Part shown: one piece after another, positions 34,788 to 39,828 of the stretch
How positions within the stretch are numbered: position 1 is the first letter of the stretch
Layout: the number at the start of each line of letters is the position of its first letter
Assembly: GCA_964587505.1 (NCBI GenBank)
Contig: CAZPLD010000002.1
Coordinates: 1-39,828 of the forward strand
Direction: 5' to 3'
Length of the DNA: 39,828 nucleotides
Origin: an uncultured Candidatus Saccharibacteria bacterium
GTDB taxonomy: Bacteria > Patescibacteriota > Minisyncoccia > 2-02-FULL-40-12 > GWA2-44-9
The notes under the pieces: model-generated
The model's input: the letters and a program-made list of their open reading frames with translations, nothing else
Database searches by the model: none
Told to the model about the DNA's origin: nothing
Made by a program: the position numbers and the translations under genes

Positions 34788-35471
34788 TTATTGCTGTAAT
34801 TTATCTATTTTTGCGAAAAGCTCTTTAAAGTTTTTAGCAACAAAGTCCGGATTGGATTTTTTTAAGTTTTTAGTCGAATGAAATCCCCAAGTTACAGCTA
34901 TTGTTTTCAAACCAACCTTTTTAGCCATCATGATATCCCCCACAGTGTCAGATATCATCACGGCATCTTTGGGTTTGGCATGAAACTTATTCAATATTTT
35001 AGTAATCATATATTCTTTTGTTTCCGCCGTTGAAGCCAATATCAAAGAAAAAGATGATTTTAACTTATTTGCCTCCAGTAAATTTTTAATGTTATCTCGA
35101 CGGCCAGACGAAGATATGGTCAAAATATATTTTTTGTCCAATTTTTTTATAAACCCTCGTACTCCTGAAAAGAGTACAACCCCGTTCTTCTTATCATAAT
35201 AATACTTGTCATAGTTATTTTTCCTAAACTCCATAAGGGCTGAATATTTTCTTTCATCCCCAATAGCATTTTTAAATGATTGATGAATGTTTCCAATAAA
35301 AAAATCCCGATACTGATTCTGGGTTAAATCAAGTCCGATATGGGCCATGCCATCTCTAAGTAATGGGTAAAATGCCCCGAATGAATCGGCCAACACACCG
35401 TCAAAGTCAAAAATAATTGGCTTTATTTTGGACGACTGATTATGAATAACGATAGATTCTTTATTTGGCAT
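34788..35471 (-). CDS. HAD-superfamily hydrolase/phosphatase (PGP/beta-PGM-like subfamily IA)
   Basis: Motif I IIFDFDGVLADS, motif II TISSSG, motif III/IV K..x..MISDTVGDI. The annotated ATG gives a 49-nt overlap with the upstream gene, so the start is uncertain. Confidence 0.8.
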   Translation of the reverse strand: MPNKESIVIHNQSSKIKPIIFDFDGVLADSFGAFYPLLRDGMAHIGLDLTQNQYRDFFIGNIHQSFKNAIGDERKYSALMEFRKNNYDKYYYDKKNGVVLFSGVRGFIKKLDKKYILTISSSGRRDNIKNLLEANKLKSSFSLILASTAETKEYMITKILNKFHAKPKDAVMISDTVGDIMMAKKVGLKTIAVTWGFHSTKNLKKSNPDFVAKNFKELFAKIDKLQQ

Positions 35472-36154
35472 TTTGAATCCGGAAGTTTGTCGATAATATC
35501 CCCTGTTTTGTACGATTCTATGTTTCCGGAATAGATGACACCGCTTAAAATTAAAGCCACTGAATTTCCCGTTAAAAGTTTTTTCAAGTCATTAAAACCG
35601 GAAACGGATTTGACAGAAGCCTTGTTGTTGTATAAACCAAGAGTTTTGCCGACTGTTTTATTTGAACCCGAAAAACGGGGATAACCTTTGCCGTTTGCAA
35701 CCATTTTATCAATCCCCTCATAACCGTTGAGGGCCCGACCGTATTTATCCTCCAAACGAACCAGGTCGTGTTTCATTGGCGGCGTTTCATATTCAAGAAC
35801 GTAAATACCACCCGAGCTTAAGGCCTGTGTAGAGTGGAAAACCCCGGCATCAACTATGATCGTGTCTAATGGCCCGAGTTCGACTGATTTATTAAGAGAC
35901 GAAAAAATCGCCTTTCCCTCCAAAACAAGCAGGGCTGTTTTTTTGTTAGGGTGGCAATGCATTGAGGTAGCGTGATGCTGTTTAATAAACAAATGCCAGA
36001 CCTCAATGGCAGGGGTATTCAACACAAGATATTCATAACCCCACGGCTTATTAACCACTAATTTAGAAAAATCCGCCTTAATTGGAGTTGTTTGATATTG
36101 CCTTAGAGCCAGATATTTTTTGTCTAAATCAGAAGAAATAAATCTTTTAATCAT
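35423..36154 (-). CDS. Cupin-domain protein resembling type II phosphomannose isomerase cupins, with an extra C-terminal domain of about 100 aa
   Basis: NKPWGYEYLV..WHLFIKQHHATSMHCHPNKKTALLVLEGKA..GVFHS matches the KPWG..SxQxHxxRxExWxVxxG pattern of PMI-type cupins. Confidence 0.6.
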   Translation of the reverse strand: MIKRFISSDLDKKYLALRQYQTTPIKADFSKLVVNKPWGYEYLVLNTPAIEVWHLFIKQHHATSMHCHPNKKTALLVLEGKAIFSSLNKSVELGPLDTIIVDAGVFHSTQALSSGGIYVLEYETPPMKHDLVRLEDKYGRALNGYEGIDKMVANGKGYPRFSGSNKTVGKTLGLYNNKASVKSVSGFNDLKKLLTGNSVALILSGVIYSGNIESYKTGDIIDKLPDSKCQIKNLSLFIISRPK

Positions 36155-36690
36155 AGTTTGAATTTGGATAGAATTGCTTTCATTAATTCACCCACATCTC
36201 TGGGATGCCTTGCGGTGATAATGTTGCCGTCAGTTACAGCCGGCTCGTTAACATAAACAGCTCCGGCGTTTTTTAGATCATCTATGATGCCGGGGTAACA
36301 AGTTGCTTTTTTACCTTTCAAAATCCCCGAAGAAATAAGAACCCATGGGCCGTGGCAAAATGCTGAAACAACTTTTTTATGCTTATTCATTTGTCTTACG
36401 AATTCAAGAATTTCCGGCACTTGCCTTATTCGGTCAGGTGCCTCAAAACCACCCGGAATTAAAACTAGGTCGTAATCGACAGTTTTCAGGTTTTTAGCAT
36501 CAACCAAAGTCGCATAGTATTTTACGATCAATTCAAGTGGGAAGTTTAACCGTCCATTAACAAGCTTGGCGCCATTAGTTGCTATATCAACCTTAAAGCC
36601 GGCTTCTGCCAGCCGAATAACCGGATATATTACCTCTTCGTCTTCAAAACCTTCAGCTGTGATAACTACCGCTTTTTTAAGTTTTCCCAT
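36151..36690 (-). CDS. DJ-1/PfpI family protein (class I glutamine amidotransferase-like fold)
   Basis: 179 aa. DLVLIPGGF, and the nucleophile elbow VVSAFCHGPWVL with the conserved Cys-His. ITARHP lies near the C-terminus. Confidence 0.85.
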   Translation of the reverse strand: MGKLKKAVVITAEGFEDEEVIYPVIRLAEAGFKVDIATNGAKLVNGRLNFPLELIVKYYATLVDAKNLKTVDYDLVLIPGGFEAPDRIRQVPEILEFVRQMNKHKKVVSAFCHGPWVLISSGILKGKKATCYPGIIDDLKNAGAVYVNEPAVTDGNIITARHPRDVGELMKAILSKFKL

Positions 36691-36823
36691 GTTTCTAAAT
36701 TTTATAGGTTTTACCAGTAAAAAGAATATCAGGTTTTTATTTTTTTGTGAAGTACAATAGCTTGAAAAAGATAAAACAATACTGTAGCCTTAGCAAATTG
36801 AACCTTAAAAATAAAGGCGTTTC

Positions 36824-38233
36824 ATGAAGATATTGCTAACAAACAGTCCTTTTCAGTATTACATGACCACGTCATTTTTTCACCCCGACTGGGGAGCTCT
36901 CAATTTACCTCAATTAGCTGCTATGGTCCCGCGTCATGAAGTAAGGATATTAGATAATTGGCATCACTGGTTCAAACAAGAAAGGGTTCTAAGGACAATA
37001 AGAGAATTTGAACCACAAGTGTTGGCCGTAAGCAATTCCACAGCAGCCGACACAGACAGAGTTTTAGAAATGGCACGCCAAGTAAAACATAGTTATCCTA
37101 ACATTATCATGATTATCGGCGGCCAAGCGGCAACCGTCCGATACAAGGACTGCCTTAATTCCGGTTTTAGTGTTGTGGTAAGAGGCGAAGGTGAATATAC
37201 TTTTCAGGAAGTAATTGACCGAATCAATCAGGGTTCTAACGATTTCTCTGATATCCAAGGGGTGGGTTATTTAAAAGAAGGAGAGTTCGTAAACAGCCCC
37301 GGTCGAAAGTTCGTTAAAAATCTGGACCAGCTACCTTTCCCAAAGTGGGAATTAATGCCCAGATTTAAATCAAATTTTTTCCGGGGAATATTCGCATCGG
37401 TCACCGAATCGTCGCGAGGTTGTCCTTACACATGCGACTTCTGTGCCGTCCAATCTTTCTGGCAAAGAAGTTACCGAAAGAAATCAAACGAAAGAATTAT
37501 TGCTGAATTAGAAATACTTAAATGGCAACTTGGTTACGACCAGGTTTATTTCATAGATGATTCGTTTGCTCTTAACGTCAAAGAATATACTGAACTATTC
37601 GAAACAATGATAAGAAAAGGGGTCATAGTCAAAGGTTTCTCTCAAATTCGCCCTGACACTGTAGCCGATAATCCGGACATGATAAAACTAGCAGCACGAG
37701 CCGGTTTTTGGGGATTCTTGGTTGGGTTTGATTCTTACGATGAAAAAGCCTTGTCGGAAGTACATAAAACCGGTGGAACGGAAATAAATATAAAGGCAGC
37801 TGAAGTATTAAGAAGAAATGGAATCGGTATTTTCGGGGTTCATATGTATGGAATGCCCGGAACCAACCCTCATAATTTTAACAAAACATTTAACTTGGGG
37901 ATGGAAAATTCTGACACCTTTCGAATGTCTCGTTTTTCCCTTATACCCGGAACGCCGCTTTACAACGAGCTTACCGAAAAAAATATGGTAGAAGCGAGAA
38001 CCGGAAAATATGTCCCTCATAGCCATAAGATCAAATCGGAGAAACGTAAATCAAAAATAGAAAACGCAATGTACATCGCCTATGAATTACGAAGTTTGCT
38101 TGGATTAAAAGCTATAAAAAAATATGTCAAATCTGAAGGTATGGCCAGGATTCTTCAAACTCGGGCTTACTTGGTTGCCATGAGGTATGTTTTTTACCTG
38201 ATCTGCAGAAAAGTTGGGATTGAAATCTTATAA
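36824..38233 (+). CDS. Cobalamin-binding-domain (class B) radical SAM enzyme
   Basis: 469 aa. MKILLTNSP..VLAVSNSTAADT..MIIGGQAAT, with the cluster motif SRGCPYTCDFC. Confidence 0.85.
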   Translation: MKILLTNSPFQYYMTTSFFHPDWGALNLPQLAAMVPRHEVRILDNWHHWFKQERVLRTIREFEPQVLAVSNSTAADTDRVLEMARQVKHSYPNIIMIIGGQAATVRYKDCLNSGFSVVVRGEGEYTFQEVIDRINQGSNDFSDIQGVGYLKEGEFVNSPGRKFVKNLDQLPFPKWELMPRFKSNFFRGIFASVTESSRGCPYTCDFCAVQSFWQRSYRKKSNERIIAELEILKWQLGYDQVYFIDDSFALNVKEYTELFETMIRKGVIVKGFSQIRPDTVADNPDMIKLAARAGFWGFLVGFDSYDEKALSEVHKTGGTEINIKAAEVLRRNGIGIFGVHMYGMPGTNPHNFNKTFNLGMENSDTFRMSRFSLIPGTPLYNELTEKNMVEARTGKYVPHSHKIKSEKRKSKIENAMYIAYELRSLLGLKAIKKYVKSEGMARILQTRAYLVAMRYVFYLICRKVGIEIL

Positions 38234-38255
38234 ATTTAACGGAACGAAAAACACG

Positions 38256-38278
38256 AAGGAGCAAATTGCTCCTTTTTT
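38256..38278 (+). terminator. Intrinsic terminator after the rSAM gene at 36824-38233
   Basis: AAGGAGC-AAATT-GCTCCTT followed by TTTTGT. Confidence 0.7.
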
Positions 38279-38307
38279 GTCCGACTATTTTGACAACAAA
38301 GCGTTTA

Positions 38308-38334
38308 ATCAAAAGACCGTCTATTTAAAGACGG
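38308..38334 (-). terminator. Candidate intrinsic terminator after the Rieske oxygenase pair
   Basis: The minus strand reads CCGTCT-TTAAAT-AGACGG followed by TCTTTTG. The 6-bp stem has the stop codon in its loop. Confidence 0.4.
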
Positions 38335-38870
38335 CCTAAACCAGGTTTAACTCCCCAGTCGCCGAATCCTCTCTTCAACAACATGTCTCTCCTTTCAAGC
38401 ATAATCCTGTCTTCATCCCAAATTCGTTCTCTCAAGTGTTGTATAACCGCTTTCGCTAATGGTTCCAAAAAAAATAGGGGCCATGGCACATCAAATTCAT
38501 AAACAACCCAGCATTTTGTTTTTCCATCATCACTATCAGGCCAAATAAACCATCTAGAGCGAGCCGGGAAACCATACATTGTGCCTTCGCTTACTATACC
38601 GGACCACGGAATCAGTTTAACCCTTTGAACAGATGAAACCTTTATCAATCCCCCCAAGAAACTAAGCGGGGCAATAACTTCGCGTTCATTGGTTGAAATA
38701 ACCTTATGGCCAACTCTGTTAATTCTAGAGATGTCTTTCTTTTTGGATTTGGAATACTTTCCATGCGCATAAACTTCATGGCCATAATCAACATAGTTTT
38801 CAATGACTTCTTGAGGAGACGCCGCAACTTCATGTTTCATTAAGGCCGTGATCGTATATTTTCTCATCAT
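38325..38870 (-). CDS. Stand-alone catalytic (mononuclear non-heme iron) domain of a Rieske-type oxygenase
   Basis: 181 aa. ENYVDYGHEVYAH fits E-x3-D-x2-H-x4-H, the iron-binding signature of Rieske oxygenase alpha subunits. A later IWDEDRIMLERR resembles the Asp-ligand region of phthalate/VanA/KshA-type enzymes. The start ATG overlaps the Rieske ORF stop (ATGA). Confidence 0.6.
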   Translation of the reverse strand: MMRKYTITALMKHEVAASPQEVIENYVDYGHEVYAHGKYSKSKKKDISRINRVGHKVISTNEREVIAPLSFLGGLIKVSSVQRVKLIPWSGIVSEGTMYGFPARSRWFIWPDSDDGKTKCWVVYEFDVPWPLFFLEPLAKAVIQHLRERIWDEDRIMLERRDMLLKRGFGDWGVKPGLGRL

Positions 38871-39193
38871 TCTTTCTCTCTTACGAAAAGATGTCCATTT
38901 TCAATTTTTGTTTCATAAACACGTAACGATGGGCAAGATCTTCTTAACGAATCGCCCGAGTTGATGTCAAAACGGTAACCGTGCCAAGGACACTCTATCA
39001 TGCCATCTTCCAGCACACCTTCGGAAATAGGTCCCATCTTATGAGGACAAATGTTTGAAACGGCCTTGAATGCACCGGCATGTTTAAAAACCCAAATCTC
39101 GTCAGTTTCAATGTTCAAAACTTTCCCGTCAAATTCCGGACAAATAAAGCCCAAATCACGCCACATCCCTTCATTGCCAGCCATGACAGACAA
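38867..39193 (-). CDS. Rieske [2Fe-2S] domain protein
   Basis: 108 aa. CPHKMGP (CxH) and CPWHGYRF (CxxH) occur with typical spacing. Confidence 0.85.
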   Translation of the reverse strand: MSVMAGNEGMWRDLGFICPEFDGKVLNIETDEIWVFKHAGAFKAVSNICPHKMGPISEGVLEDGMIECPWHGYRFDINSGDSLRRSCPSLRVYETKIENGHLFVREKE

Positions 39194-39268
39194 TCCTTAT
39201 TTTAAAAAAACGTATTATTAAAATACACAATTACAGCCCTTGAATCAATGGGTTTGACCAAAGAGGAA

Positions 39269-39634
39269 TTATTTTAGAAAATACAACAAGAGAAACGCTC
39301 CGGCATAATTGCAAACTATATCAAAAGCGCTGTCGGCCCAGCTGAATTCTACTTTTTCAAGACGAAGTTTTATTTTTATATATTTAGACCAGCTTGGGAT
39401 GTGAGCCGCGGCATATTCAAGCGATTCCCAAATTAAAGTCACGACGGCTAATCCGATTAAAACCGCGGTTCGAGAATCGGTGAGACCTGCGAAAAACATG
39501 GCCACAAAAAACCCGCCCAAAACGTGCTCTACCTGAAAAAACCAGTAATGCCTAAACCCAAAACCATAATACATGCCGACTGTTAGATCCAACAAGAAGA
39601 TGACCGGAAGAATGATTAGGGAAGCAATTAACAT
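39269..39634 (-). CDS. Small integral membrane protein, unknown function
   Basis: 121 aa with four predicted hydrophobic helices. No recognisable motif. Confidence 0.5.
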   Translation of the reverse strand: MLIASLIILPVIFLLDLTVGMYYGFGFRHYWFFQVEHVLGGFFVAMFFAGLTDSRTAVLIGLAVVTLIWESLEYAAAHIPSWSKYIKIKLRLEKVEFSWADSAFDIVCNYAGAFLLLYFLK

Positions 39635-39663
39635 TAATTTAGTATATCAGAATATGTTTTAAT

Positions 39664-39692
39664 TTGCTAAATCAAAAAAAACAATGTATGGT
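39664..39692 (+). promoter_or_regulatory. Possible promoter TTGCTA-17-TATGGT for the partial rSAM gene
   Basis: -35 at 39664-39669 and -10 at 39687-39692. A GGGAGG RBS (39729-39734) lies 6 nt before ATG 39741. Confidence 0.3.
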
Positions 39693-39740
39693 AGGACAAT
39701 AATTGCACCTTAAAAAGAGGTTTCAAATGGGAGGTCCCGA

Positions 39741-39828
39741 ATGAAAATTCTGTTTGTCCCCAGAACCGTTGAGTATATTGACCCGATGAATATAGAGCTT
39801 ATGTCGGCTCTCGCCAGACGAGAGAGGC
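39741..39828 (+). CDS. 5' end of a further cobalamin-type radical SAM gene (3'-truncated by the window edge)
   Basis: MKILFVPRTVEYIDPMNIELMSALARRER aligns with the N-terminus MRVLWLIQRSDFIDPMGICYLSAAGKNE of the rSAM at 27552-29216. A strong GGGAGG RBS is present. It is absent from the ORF track because no stop codon falls inside the window. Confidence 0.55.
   Translation, partial: MKILFVPRTVEYIDPMNIELMSALARRER

Noticed and set aside
1-39828. A search for CRISPR repeats, tRNA/rRNA genes, IS elements or integrases, long direct repeats, and recoded stop codons (code 25 or code 4).
   Set aside because: I found no regularly spaced repeats, no cloverleaf-like GC-rich segments in the short intergenic regions, and no transposase- or integrase-like ORFs. 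TGA clearly terminates well-supported genes (for example the rSAM at 30731 and the Rieske ORF at 38867), so the standard bacterial code applies. Short or degenerate repeats could have escaped a by-eye scan.

Overview
This 39.8-kb window is low in GC and very gene-dense. I count about 40 CDS and see no rRNA, tRNA, CRISPR array, transposase or integrase by eye. Almost all of it reads as one large cell-envelope glycan biosynthesis and tailoring locus.

The host looks bacterial: sigma70-like TTGxxx-17-TAxxxT promoters, some Shine-Dalgarno sites, intrinsic terminators, and the standard code with TGA used as a stop. A pyruvoyl arginine decarboxylase, a minimal NifS/IscU pair and many GT-C-like membrane proteins suggest an uncultivated CPR/Patescibacteria-type or similar anaerobe. 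That placement is only tentative.

Gene content:
- An initiating sugar-phosphate transferase.
- Two GT4 and four GT2 glycosyltransferases. Two of the GT2s look like polyprenyl-phosphate sugar synthases; the other two are paralogues.
- Three large GT-C-like polytopic membrane proteins.
- A Wzx-like flippase and a UPF0104 flippase-like protein.
- Five class I SAM methyltransferases, one of them TylCIII-type (C-methyltransferase).
- An SDR, cupins, an FrhB-like flavoprotein and an ALS-like ThDP enzyme.
- A HAD phosphatase, a DJ-1/PfpI protein and a P-loop kinase.

The unusual part is the amount of radical and redox chemistry inside this locus:
- Four cobalamin-type (class B) radical SAM genes, one cut by the window end, plus one SPASM/twitch-type radical SAM.
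- One operon that bundles a B12-rSAM with a nitroreductase-family protein, a ferredoxin, NifS, IscU and an FNR-like reductase.
- A class-II glutamine amidotransferase fused to a WbpG/PseA-like PP-loop amidotransferase.
- A Rieske non-heme iron oxygenase split into two translationally coupled ORFs.

All functional calls rest on motifs read by eye. No database search was run.
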